Origin: Bdellovibrionota bacterium
Lineage (GTDB): Bacteria; Bdellovibrionota_C; UBA2361
Length of the DNA stretch: 64,000 nt
NCBI GenBank assembly: GCA_044352465.1
Contig: JBILDU010000001.1
Coordinates: 20,211 to 84,210 of the forward strand
Direction of reading: 5' to 3'
Position 1 is the first letter of the stretch, and every line of letters begins with the position of its first letter. The notes beneath the pieces are model-generated. The model searched no databases, was not told the origin of the DNA, and worked only from the letters and a program-made list of their open reading frames with translations. Shown here one piece after another: positions 11,478-20,710 of this stretch. A program made the translations under genes and the position numbers.

Positions 11478-12353
11478 CTACTCCCGTAAGCGATATCGTC
11501 CCCTCGAACAGGTGATAAACCCCTCTCGGCACAGGTCGTTGAGGACCTCGCGTAACAATTCGCGTGGGCACCGAACGGCGTTTTTGATCTCCGCGCGGGT
11601 GCAGCCTTGCGGAGCTCCAGCCAAGCGAACGACCGCCCCCCGGATCTCACGCCGCGACCCTCGAAACGGTGACTGCCTCACGTAATGGGCACTTCGGCGA
11701 GTAATCAAAGGATCGCGCCGCTTTAACATGACGCCGTAATCCATCAACGCATAGTACCACTCGCGCACCCGACGACGGGGCAACGTTGCGGCGATGAAAG
11801 GCTCCAGCTCGATATCACGAACAGTTTGAGTCCCTGGAAAGAAGAAGTGGATAAACACCGCTCTGATATTCGTCTCGATGAAAACTCCGGCCCGATCGAA
11901 GGCGAACAACGCGATCGCCCCAGCGGTATACGGCCCGATCCCTGGAAGCCTCTTCAGCGCGAGCGGATCCTGCGGAAGCTCCCCCTCGAAGCGCTCAACG
12001 ACTTCGATCGCACACCGCTGCAAAGCGAGCGCCCGTCGATTGTATCCAAGCCCCTGCCAGGCAGCGATGACGTGGGGCCGCGGTGCTCGCGCCAAACTCT
12101 CAAAATCAGGGAAACGACGGAGAAACTCGCGATACTTCGGGGCAACGCGATCGGTCTGAGTTTGCTGCAGCATTACCTCTGAGACCAGAATGGCGTAAGG
12201 ATCGCGGGTCTCCCGCCACGGGAAGGCGCGGCCATGCACACGGTAGTAACGCCAAATCGCTCGACGAAACGAACGCCCGTGATCGGTCCTCAGACGGCGG
12301 GCTCCCTTTCCTCGAACCATTCGTTTGGAGGCTAAAGGTCTGCTCGTGTCCAC
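11478..12353 (-). CDS. HhH-GPD superfamily DNA glycosylase (MutY/Nth-like), non-canonical Cys4 C-terminus
   Basis: HhH motif LKRLPGIGPYTAGAIALFAFDRAG and ETNIRAVFIHFF (compare MutY DGNVKRVL). The C-terminal 60 aa carry 4 Cys with spacing C-x11-C-x13-C-x6-C rather than the EndoIII C-x6-C-x2-C-x5-C. Confidence 0.7.
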   Translation of the reverse strand: MDTSRPLASKRMVRGKGARRLRTDHGRSFRRAIWRYYRVHGRAFPWRETRDPYAILVSEVMLQQTQTDRVAPKYREFLRRFPDFESLARAPRPHVIAAWQGLGYNRRALALQRCAIEVVERFEGELPQDPLALKRLPGIGPYTAGAIALFAFDRAGVFIETNIRAVFIHFFFPGTQTVRDIELEPFIAATLPRRRVREWYYALMDYGVMLKRRDPLITRRSAHYVRQSPFRGSRREIRGAVVRLAGAPQGCTRAEIKNAVRCPRELLREVLNDLCREGFITCSRGRYRLRE

Positions 12354-12826
12354 GCGCTCGCCAGGGAATCCGCGTACTCATTCCATAGCCAACCGTTGTG
12401 CGCTTTAATCCACTGAAGCTTCGCTAATGGCCGCTCTTTCGATAACGCAAATAGGGCCTGCACTAAATCGAGGTTCTTTATCGGACCATCCTTACGTTTC
12501 CAGCCCCGCTTTTCCCAAGCTACCGCCCACTTCGTCACGGTATTCACACACAGCTCGCTATCGCTGAACACATCGATAGCTTCATCCGGCGGAAGGAGCT
12601 TAAACGCCTCGATAAGGGCGGTGAGCTCCATTCGATTGTTGGTGGTGTCTGGAGCACGACCATGGAGCTGCGCCACGATGGAGCCGTTTTTAACATAGAC
12701 CACACCCCAACCGCCCGGCCCAGGATTCGGTCGCGCCCCCCCGTCGGTAAAGACACCCGAGCTCGGCCCGGCTGAGTATTTTTGCAGCACCTCACGTAAA
12801 GGCAAACTCTCCCCAACGAACGCCAT
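12332..12826 (-). CDS. rnhA: Ribonuclease HI
   Basis: RNase H fold motifs FTDGGARPNPGPGGWGVV, NNRMELTALIEA and WIKAHNGWLWNEYAD. Start re-derived to the ATG at 12826 with GGAGGGG 5 bp upstream; the track's N-terminal extension is not protein-like. Confidence 0.85.
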   Translation of the reverse strand: MAFVGESLPLREVLQKYSAGPSSGVFTDGGARPNPGPGGWGVVYVKNGSIVAQLHGRAPDTTNNRMELTALIEAFKLLPPDEAIDVFSDSELCVNTVTKWAVAWEKRGWKRKDGPIKNLDLVQALFALSKERPLAKLQWIKAHNGWLWNEYADSLASAWTRADL

Positions 12827-12940
12827 AAGACCCCTCCGAGCAAATTCGTTGGCATGGTAGAATAATCTCGGCGTCGAGCAAAGACACCGTGCGAGTCGCC
12901 CTTTGTCTCCCCACCCTAAAAGGGGTAACATAGAGGAATC

Positions 12941-13549
12941 ATGGCGAGCGTTGTCGACCTCTTCGGAGCCGGTTTTTTTGCAGCTTTCTCGGGCTGTGTC
13001 GTCTATTTCATCGTGCGCGCGCTTCTCCTCGGGTTTTCATCCGATCCACTCGCCTGGCTCGAAGCGCAGCGCGTCCGGAAACGTTCCCAACTTTTAGGTC
13101 GGGCGGATGAAGCGATGAAACTCAATAAAGTAGGAGAGGCACTCGCTCTTCTCCGTGCTGCTTTCTACTTCGAACACCCCGTTCGATACGCGGCGACGGT
13201 GGAGGCGATTCACACTCATCACATGAGCATTCTCTCGCGGGTCATCGGAATATCAAAGAGCCACGCGCGCCACCTCGAGAATCTCCCCATCATCGAGGAC
13301 CTCCTGGCCTCACGAGAGAGTTTGCTGAATGCCCACATTGAGCATCTGGCTGCCCGAGTGAACCTCCAACACCGCCGCCGCCGCGATCGAAAAGAGACTC
13401 CGGCGTGGGCAATCGCCGAATTTACCCGAAAAATCGACGAGATCGGCGATAAGCTGTCGACGAATCGTCATAGCCTCGAATCACAGCTTGCGCGGATGTT
13501 TGAAGAGCTACACCGCTTACCTGAGAACGAAGGTGTTACGTATCACTAA
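12941..13549 (+). CDS. Hypothetical membrane-anchored coiled-coil protein
   Basis: N-terminal TM segment (LFGAGFFAAFSGCVVYFIVRALLLGF) followed by a helical charged region. No family recognised. Confidence 0.45.
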   Translation: MASVVDLFGAGFFAAFSGCVVYFIVRALLLGFSSDPLAWLEAQRVRKRSQLLGRADEAMKLNKVGEALALLRAAFYFEHPVRYAATVEAIHTHHMSILSRVIGISKSHARHLENLPIIEDLLASRESLLNAHIEHLAARVNLQHRRRRDRKETPAWAIAEFTRKIDEIGDKLSTNRHSLESQLARMFEELHRLPENEGVTYH

Positions 13550-13596
13550 TACTCCGACCAAAAAAATCGTGCTCCGCCCCCCGGCGCGGCTCTCCG

Positions 13597-14370
13597 GTGG
13601 ACGGACTTCTTCGACGGAGCGTTAATCCCGTGCCCGCAATAATGCGATCGGTCACTTTGTTCGAAGACGACGCGCTTTTCATTCTTCATAAACCAGCCAA
13701 CGCGCATTCGGTTGCACATAGCGAAGGGGAAGGGGAGCCTTCAGTCGCGGCCGATCTTTTGGCAGCATCGCCGCAACTACGCGAGGTTGCCGATCGCCCC
13801 GGCGATGCCGGCCTCGTTAATCGACTCGATTTCGGAACCTCAGGGATCTTAATCGGGGCCAAGAGCCGCGCAGTTTGGGAGGCTCTCCGCAGCGATATTC
13901 AGTCAGGGGAGATAAAGAAAAGGTACCTCGCCGTTCTTGAGGGAATCGCGCCATTATCTCGAACCATAGAGAATTTCATCGGCTCACCCTACCGACGGGC
14001 GCAAAAAGTCCGCGTCTACGACGATCTACCCCGGGATGGGCGCGCGCTCCCGGCAATCTCCATTTTTCGCCTACGTGAGCCTCACGCTGCCCAAAATATT
14101 TCGCTCGTTGAGGTAGAGGCACCGACGGCCCGTCGCCATCAGATCAGGGTTCACGCTCGCTCGATCGGCCACCCCCTCGTGGGTGATACCCTCTACGGTG
14201 CCACCCGCTCCCTCGGGGATATTTTTACTGAACAGGCGAACGGCTTTTGTCTCCATGCGTATAGCGTGGAACTTACCCACCCACTTCACCGACGCACTCT
14301 ATCGATCGTCGATCCAGCCCCGGAGTATCTCTCCGCGGTCTTTAGCGAAAAAGCTCTGCGGGTGGGATGA
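13597..14370 (+). CDS. RluA-family pseudouridine synthase
   Basis: Motifs FILHKPANAHSV and VNRLDFGTSGILIGAKS (catalytic Asp region). The start may instead be the ATG at 13642. Confidence 0.8.
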   Translation: MDGLLRRSVNPVPAIMRSVTLFEDDALFILHKPANAHSVAHSEGEGEPSVAADLLAASPQLREVADRPGDAGLVNRLDFGTSGILIGAKSRAVWEALRSDIQSGEIKKRYLAVLEGIAPLSRTIENFIGSPYRRAQKVRVYDDLPRDGRALPAISIFRLREPHAAQNISLVEVEAPTARRHQIRVHARSIGHPLVGDTLYGATRSLGDIFTEQANGFCLHAYSVELTHPLHRRTLSIVDPAPEYLSAVFSEKALRVG

Positions 14371-15982
14371 CCTCTAAGACTTCACTCTCTAGGGCGCGAA
14401 GCACCGCCCTGAGACCGTTTGAGGCCCGACAAAACTGCGGAGCAACGCTCGCACCCTCTGCATTCATCGGCCGAGCCTCGAATACCCCACCGCCTCGATG
14501 GGTGATCTCGATAATGTATGAATGATGAAATTGCTTGGAGCGGTACCGAAAATATTCGACTACCTCAGCCCCCTCGACGGGCTCGCGGTGCAGCGGGTCG
14601 CGCAGCTCGCTCGCGCGAACCGCTCGCAGCGCCGCTGGAGAAAAGGTGCGCTCGACAAACCCGATATCGAATCCTCCCGCGCGAAAAGCCGGTTCCCGCA
14701 AAAGCCAGCGATGAAAATCAAGCGTCGAGGCAAGCCCCTCGATCGCATACTCACGTAGAGCCTCGAGACCACGATCGATAGCCTCACGTCGAGTTTCACC
14801 GAATACGATGAGCTTACTGATCATCGCGTCGTAATGCGGGGAGATCTCATCGCCCGCTTCGCAGCCGAAATCCTCGCGAATATACGAAGCAACCGGTCTT
14901 TTGAGCGCTGTGATTCGACCGATAGCTGGCGCAAAATTTTTAGCCGGGTCTTCGGCGTAGATCCGAAACTCGATGGCGTGACCGGTCGTTGATATATCAC
15001 CCTGCTCGAATGGAATCGCCTCACCTTGCGCCACTTTCAGTTGGAGCTCAACCAGATCAACCCCCGTTACCAGCTCGGTGACAGGATGTTCGACCTGGAT
15101 TCGGGTGTTCATTTCGAGGAAATAAAAATCGTTGCCGCACACCAAGAACTCGGCGGTGCCCGCATTCTTATAGCCCACACTGCGGGCAGCTTGAACGGCC
15201 GCCGCCTCAACACCTTGGCGTACTGCGGGAGCGAGAAGGGGGGCGGGAGCCTCTTCGATAAGTTTTTGATGGCGCCGCTGGGCTGAACAGTCGCGGGTAC
15301 CAAAGTGAACCACCTTCCCATGAGCGTCACCGAATATCTGCACCTCCACGTGGCGGGGGTTGGCGATGTACTTCTCAGCGTAGACCGCCTGGTTCGAAAA
15401 GTTCTTGAGCGCCTCGCCCCGCGCACGAGGCAGCACTTGAGACATCTCCTCAGCCGAGTGGACGACTCGCATACCCCGCCCCCCACCGCCAGCGACGGCC
15501 TTGATGATGACAGGGAATCCTATCGCGCTCGCGGCTTCAACGAGCGCCCCGTCGTCCAGGTCGCCCGGGGTCCCGGGGGTACACGGCACCCCGAACTTCA
15601 TTACCTGAGCCCGCGCCTTCGTCTTACTCCCCAGTGTCTCGATACTCGCTGGGTCCGGTCCAACGAAGATCAAACCAGCATCGATAACTGCGCGGGCAAA
15701 ATCACTGTTCTCTGAAAGAAAGCCGTAGCCCGGGTGAACCGCATCGCACCCCCGTTCGACCGCAACTTGCACGATCTTGGCGATATTAAGGTAAGAGTCC
15801 TTCGCCGGGGGGGGGCCGATAATGACGAGTTCCTCGGCTTGGCGAGCAAAATAGCTCTTGGCATCAGCCTCCGAGGCTATGGAAACCGAGGCGATTCCGA
15901 GCTTCCGGCAGGCGCGTTGAATCCGCGCCGCGATCTCGCCTCTATTTGCAATCAGGACCTTTTTAATTTTATGATCGCCCAT
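14342..15982 (-). CDS. accC: Biotin carboxylase (AccC/PycA-like) with ~100-aa C-terminal extension
   Basis: N-terminus KVLIANRGEIAARI and an ATP-grasp core align with AccC over the first ~445 aa. The product is 546 aa and the tail lacks the biotinyl AMKM motif. Confidence 0.9.
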   Translation of the reverse strand: MGDHKIKKVLIANRGEIAARIQRACRKLGIASVSIASEADAKSYFARQAEELVIIGPPPAKDSYLNIAKIVQVAVERGCDAVHPGYGFLSENSDFARAVIDAGLIFVGPDPASIETLGSKTKARAQVMKFGVPCTPGTPGDLDDGALVEAASAIGFPVIIKAVAGGGGRGMRVVHSAEEMSQVLPRARGEALKNFSNQAVYAEKYIANPRHVEVQIFGDAHGKVVHFGTRDCSAQRRHQKLIEEAPAPLLAPAVRQGVEAAAVQAARSVGYKNAGTAEFLVCGNDFYFLEMNTRIQVEHPVTELVTGVDLVELQLKVAQGEAIPFEQGDISTTGHAIEFRIYAEDPAKNFAPAIGRITALKRPVASYIREDFGCEAGDEISPHYDAMISKLIVFGETRREAIDRGLEALREYAIEGLASTLDFHRWLLREPAFRAGGFDIGFVERTFSPAALRAVRASELRDPLHREPVEGAEVVEYFRYRSKQFHHSYIIEITHRGGGVFEARPMNAEGASVAPQFCRASNGLRAVLRALESEVLEVIPPAELFR

Positions 15983-16016
15983 AAATTTTGCGGCTTTTTA
16001 GACGGGAAACCACACC

Positions 16017-16961
16017 ATGACTACCAATGAACATCATAAAGTCGTCATCTTAGGGTCCGGTCCCGCGGGCTTAACTGCGGCCATATATACCTCGCGAGCA
16101 AACTTATCTCCAGTTTTGATCCACGGCCCCCTCCCGGGTGGCCAGCTCACCACGACAACCGAGGTCGAGAACTTCCCCGGATTTCCCGAGGGGGTAATGG
16201 GCCCCGACCTGATGCAGCTTATGGAGAAACAGGCGATCAGGTTCGGCACAAAGATTATGGTAAACCAGGTCGTGAAAACGGAGCTCCAGGGACGTCCATT
16301 CCGACTCACCCTCTCGAACGAGTCCACCGTAACGTGCGAGGTCCTTATTATTGCAACCGGCGCTGCACCTCGATTGCTCGGCCTGGAGGAGGAAAAGACC
16401 CTCATGGGATACGGTGTCTCAACGTGCGCTACGTGCGACGGCGCTTTTTTCCGAAATAAGGTGATCATGGTAGCCGGTGGAGGAGACTCGGCGTGCGAGG
16501 AGGCGGTATTCCTTACTCGATTCGGTAGCAAGGTTATCCTTGTCCATCGTCGAGACCAGCTCCGGGCTTCGAAGATAATGCAAGATCGGGTGCTTAATCA
16601 TCCGAAGATCGAGGTTCTGTGGAATCGTCAGATCAAAGCGATCCACGGCTCGAAAGCAAACGGCGTTACCGGCGTCACCGCCCTTCATAGCGCCACCAAC
16701 GAGGCGGAGGAGATTCCATGCGACGCCCTCTTTGTTGCGATCGGTCATATTCCGAACTCCTACCTATTTAAGGGGCAGCTCGATATGGATGATAACGGAT
16801 ACTTAACTCCCGTCGCTGGCTCGGCGCGGATGAATATCCCCGGCGTATTCGCCTGCGGCGATGTTCAGGATCACGTATGGCGACAAGCGATTACCGCAGC
16901 GGGTACCGGGTGTATGGCTGCGATTGAGGCGGAGCGCTACCTGGAGGCGCTGCATCAGTAG
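16017..16961 (+). CDS. trxB: Thioredoxin-disulfide reductase
   Basis: VVILGSGPAGLTAAIY (FAD), redox-active CATCDG, and the NADPH motif GGGDSACEEA. 314 aa. Confidence 0.95.
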   Translation: MTTNEHHKVVILGSGPAGLTAAIYTSRANLSPVLIHGPLPGGQLTTTTEVENFPGFPEGVMGPDLMQLMEKQAIRFGTKIMVNQVVKTELQGRPFRLTLSNESTVTCEVLIIATGAAPRLLGLEEEKTLMGYGVSTCATCDGAFFRNKVIMVAGGGDSACEEAVFLTRFGSKVILVHRRDQLRASKIMQDRVLNHPKIEVLWNRQIKAIHGSKANGVTGVTALHSATNEAEEIPCDALFVAIGHIPNSYLFKGQLDMDDNGYLTPVAGSARMNIPGVFACGDVQDHVWRQAITAAGTGCMAAIEAERYLEALHQ

Positions 16962-17041
16962 CGCGAAGAAATGAGGTTTTCTTGTCGATGAGGCTAGAGA
17001 CCTCTGCGGAACCACGGCGGCTAAAAATATCCAAATAAAAA

Positions 17042-17080
17042 CCCCCTGGGATGCCGCGAGGACACCCCAGGGGGTTTTTT
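17042..17080. terminator. Bidirectional rho-independent terminator shared by convergent trxB and atpE
   Basis: CCCCCTGGG(17042-17050) ... CCCAGGGGG(17066-17074) forms a 9-bp GC stem, followed by T6 (17075-80) and preceded by A4, so it reads as a terminator on both strands. Confidence 0.7.
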
Positions 17081-17097
17081 GAGCTTGTCGCCCTCTC

Positions 17098-17412
17098 TTA
17101 CCCGCCGATTTGGCTGTAGAGGAGGTAGGCGATAACGAAAGCCAAGATGACGAGCGACTCAACCAACGCGAGGCCGAGAAGCATCGGGGTGAGGAGCTTG
17201 CCAGCAGCCGCAGGGTTACGGCCGATCGAGTCGAGGCTCGCGCTAATCGCCTTGCCTTGACCGAGAGCTCCGCCGACGACGGCCAGTCCGATCGCCAATC
17301 CCGCTGCAATCGCGATAATTCCGCTTTGGCCCGACATAGCAGCTCCCTCAGCGAGGGCAGCAGCCGGAGCGGCAAGCACCGCCAGGGCGAGTAAAGATAC
17401 GTAACGTGTCAT
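17098..17412 (-). CDS. atpE: F0F1 ATP synthase subunit c, with signal-like N-terminal extension
   Basis: GLAIGLAVVGGALGQGKA...ESLVILAFVIAYLL is the c-ring hairpin with the conserved carboxylate. There is an alternative start at 17337 (GAGGGAG RBS); the 17412 start has AAGGAG. Confidence 0.9.
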   Translation of the reverse strand: MTRYVSLLALAVLAAPAAALAEGAAMSGQSGIIAIAAGLAIGLAVVGGALGQGKAISASLDSIGRNPAAAGKLLTPMLLGLALVESLVILAFVIAYLLYSQIGG

Positions 17413-17459
17413 GGTCTCTCCTTATTAAGGGTTAACGTAAAAATCCTCGAACTTTCAAT

Positions 17460-18173
17460 TCAGTGATGACCCTCTTCCTCGTGCTGGGTCGCCAAGAGGA
17501 TATACACCATCGTCAGCGTGGTAAAGATAAACGCCTGCATAAAGCAGACGAACGTACCGAGCGCCAAGAACAGAATCGGTGCCACCGGCCCGAGCATATT
17601 GGTGAATATCTCGAGCACCATGTGATCGGCGGTGATGTTCCAATAAAGACGGAGGTTGAGCGTTAATATACGGAGGCAGGTACTAAATATCTCGAGCGGA
17701 AAGAAGAACCACGCCAAAGCCGCTATCGGGCCGGCGAAATGCTTCAGATAACCCCACAGGCCGTTCTCCTTTACCCCCCAAGCGTTGAAGTAAAAGAAAA
17801 CCACGAAAGCCATACCGACGTTAATCCAAACGGTCGTCGTGATAGCTGGCATTCCCGGCACGAGGCCAAGGAAATTAGAGAGGAGAAGGAAAAAAAACAC
17901 GCTCGCCGTAAATGGAACGTGCTGACGCTTGTCCTTTCCGAGAACCGAGTCGTGATACTTCACGAAGGCCTCCACGATAAAGTCGACCGCCCCAAAGAAG
18001 GAGAGCTTTTTATCGGGCACGATCGCACTTTCTACCCCGTGCGGTGTACTCAATCGCGCGGTCAGCGCTTTTCCGAGAACAACCAACCCTCCTCCCAGGA
18101 GCAGGGCTGCCCCAAACTTTTGGAGGTTTGGATCAGAGGTAAGGTGGGTGAAGTAGTTATAGCCTGAAGCCAT
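17460..18173 (-). CDS. atpB: F0F1 ATP synthase subunit a
   Basis: 237 aa, multi-TM, with the conserved C-terminal LRLYWNITADHM (stator Arg region, as LRLFGN). Confidence 0.9.
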   Translation of the reverse strand: MASGYNYFTHLTSDPNLQKFGAALLLGGGLVVLGKALTARLSTPHGVESAIVPDKKLSFFGAVDFIVEAFVKYHDSVLGKDKRQHVPFTASVFFFLLLSNFLGLVPGMPAITTTVWINVGMAFVVFFYFNAWGVKENGLWGYLKHFAGPIAALAWFFFPLEIFSTCLRILTLNLRLYWNITADHMVLEIFTNMLGPVAPILFLALGTFVCFMQAFIFTTLTMVYILLATQHEEEGHH

Positions 18174-18280
18174 CTGCCGCTCGGTTAACTTTGACGGTCA
18201 AAGTTGTATATAATTCCAGGCTGGAAAGCAAACCCCGAGAGGCGATTTAGATCGGTATTTTCTCGAATGTCCTCACGGGG

Positions 18281-18730
18281 CTAACGATCTTCTGCCGGGG
18301 AGGACGACGGCCCCGGGGAGGGGTTGCCCCCAGACCGTTCCGGCACCTCTCCAGCATCATCCACCGGGAGACTCTTTTGCCCCTCCCGGACCGCGTATTG
18401 AAAGCCCGCCGGCAAGAAGGCGAAGAGCCCAAGCAGGGCGGCCAGGATCTCTCCGCTCGTCGCGCGCCCCATCAGCCACAGAGCGCTGAGGATCGCCACA
18501 AATTTTACGGGGAACCAAACAGCGAATCGGCGCACTCCGCCCACAGATCCAAAAAGGGCGCTGACTGCGATGGTGTAAAACTTCACCCCGATGACCGCGT
18601 AAACCACACCGCAGGCGACTGCGAGAGGTTCGACTGTCCCACCAGCGTAGCGAGCTATCGCGGCCACTCCAATGAACGAGAGCCCCCACCACAACGTGCC
18701 CCGTATGATCTCGATCGGTTCGTGTATCAT
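18281..18730 (-). CDS. atpI: ATP synthase protein I-like small membrane protein
   Basis: 149 aa, 4 predicted TM segments, immediately upstream of atpB in the same orientation. Assignment is by position; sequence similarity is weak. Confidence 0.5.
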   Translation of the reverse strand: MIHEPIEIIRGTLWWGLSFIGVAAIARYAGGTVEPLAVACGVVYAVIGVKFYTIAVSALFGSVGGVRRFAVWFPVKFVAILSALWLMGRATSGEILAALLGLFAFLPAGFQYAVREGQKSLPVDDAGEVPERSGGNPSPGPSSSPAEDR

Positions 18731-19288
18731 AAAAATTCACGTTGATAATTTAGGTGGTTAGGCCCCTCACGGTTAGCGATCCGTTCCAGAACCGTTGCCC
18801 CGAAAAATTTTTTGTTTAACTGATTTATACTTCGAAAGAAAATTTCGCGCGAAAGAATTGATTTCATTTATGATCACGCCGCCGATTTTTTTTTTCCAAA
18901 ATGCGCTTGTAAAAAGATCGTACGCCGCTATAAATCTCAAACTCCGCTGACGACGATCATGTGGGTTTGCGTTTCGTGTTACTCGTTGCTCTTAAAAATC
19001 TGAACAAAAGTAGCGCGCCCAAAAAATCCGATCAGATCAGTGGAACTAGGTGGCGCCATACCTTCTTAGCAGTATCGAAGGTTCGGTCGCAGTCGATAAG
19101 ACGGTTTTTTTCTCTCGGTGGTTTTTTTACCTCGATCGTTTCATGCCTCACCGCAGCGTTCCGTACCCGAAAGGTCAACCCGGGTGCACCGCTCAAAACG
19201 GCCGACAGCGTCTCCTCGAGGTCTTTAGGTGAACGGCTCACCCTTTTAACTGCCGCTTCTTTGATTTAACTGTTTTGGTTGCGTTGTT

Positions 19289-20710
19289 ATGCGTGATATC
19301 CGCGCCGATTCTGCTGTTGTGCCGTTGAGCGACTCTTGGAGAAACAGTCTCTCGGCTCTTAAAGCGGAACTCGACCCCCAGGTATTCGCTGCCTATATCA
19401 AGCCATTGGAATTACAAGGGTTTGATCGGGAAACTGGCGAATTCTCGGTGAGCGCCCCCTCCCGGTTGGTGTGTAATCACGTTGACCAGAATTTCAAAAC
19501 ACAGCTCTGCTCAGCCTTGGCGCAAGAACTCGGAATGAGCAGCACTACCTTGAAGCTCGCGGTGCGCTCCGCGGTTGAGCCAACCTCATCGATCGATCGG
19601 GAATCGCGCAACGTGGTGGTTCGTAAGGTGAAGCCCCGTCTCCGTCCTCGCCATGACAGCGCCGCGCTCCCCCGAGTTGCGGGAGGCTTTTTTCAGCCGA
19701 ACCCCAAGTACACGTTCGCTTCTTTCGTGGTTGGTAATAGCAATCAATTCTGCCACGCTGCTGCTTTGCGTGTGGCCGAGAATCCTGGTCAAAGCTACAA
19801 CCCACTCTTCATCTACGGTGGGGTCGGTCTCGGGAAGACTCACCTGCTTCATGCGATCGGAAACGCCGTCTTAGAGAAGAATCCGCACGCCCGCGTCCTC
19901 TACATGTCGTCCGAGACGTTCACCAACGAACTGATTCAAGCCCTCCGTCATGCGAAGATGGATGAGTTCAAAAACAAAATGCGCAGTATCGAGGTGCTCC
20001 TCATCGATGATATTCAGTTTATGTGCGGCAAAGAGCGGACCCAAGAGGAGTTCTTTCACACCTTCAACGCTCTCTATAGCGCCAAACATCAAATCGTCAT
20101 CACCTCGGATAAGATTCCCCAAGACATCCCGGGGATCGAAGAACGGTTACAAACTCGTTTCTCTTGGGGTCTCACCGCCGATATTCAAGCCCCTGATTTC
20201 GAAACGCGGGTCGCGATACTCAACCGCAAAGCGAACCTCGAGTCGTTCGCTGTGCCCGAAACCGTTTCGCACTATATCGCCGAGAACATCTCTTCGAACG
20301 TTCGCGAGCTTGAGGGCGCGCTGACTCGAGTTCATGCGATGAGCAGCTTACAAAGCAAACCGATTACCCTCGAACTCACCCAGACAGCTCTGAGGCCGCT
20401 TTTTCAACCAAAAACGGTGGCTCTCTCAGTTGATGATATTAAGCGTGCGGTAGCGGATCACTTTGGCATCAAGGTCAGTGAGATGGTCTCGAAGCGGCGC
20501 ACCAAGAATCTTTCATTCCCCCGCCACATCGCCATGTATTTATGTCGTAAGCATACCACCTACTCTTATCCGGAGATCGGGGCACATTTCGGCGGACGTG
20601 ATCATTCGAGCGTTATCCACGCTGCAAACGTCGTGTCGACCAAAGTAGGCAGTGATCAACAAGTCAAAGCGCTCGTCGCTGAAATAGAGCGGCGCTTACT
20701 GTCGCACTAA
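19289..20710 (+). CDS. dnaA: Chromosomal replication initiator DnaA
   Basis: AAA+ Walker A GGVGLGKTHLLHAIGN, sensor motifs, and a C-terminal DNA-binding domain (HTTYSYPEIGAHFGGRDHSSVIHA). Confidence 0.97.
   Translation: MRDIRADSAVVPLSDSWRNSLSALKAELDPQVFAAYIKPLELQGFDRETGEFSVSAPSRLVCNHVDQNFKTQLCSALAQELGMSSTTLKLAVRSAVEPTSSIDRESRNVVVRKVKPRLRPRHDSAALPRVAGGFFQPNPKYTFASFVVGNSNQFCHAAALRVAENPGQSYNPLFIYGGVGLGKTHLLHAIGNAVLEKNPHARVLYMSSETFTNELIQALRHAKMDEFKNKMRSIEVLLIDDIQFMCGKERTQEEFFHTFNALYSAKHQIVITSDKIPQDIPGIEERLQTRFSWGLTADIQAPDFETRVAILNRKANLESFAVPETVSHYIAENISSNVRELEGALTRVHAMSSLQSKPITLELTQTALRPLFQPKTVALSVDDIKRAVADHFGIKVSEMVSKRRTKNLSFPRHIAMYLCRKHTTYSYPEIGAHFGGRDHSSVIHAANVVSTKVGSDQQVKALVAEIERRLLSH

Noticed and set aside
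16034-16531. 165-aa minus-strand ORF
   Set aside because: It is antisense to trxB.
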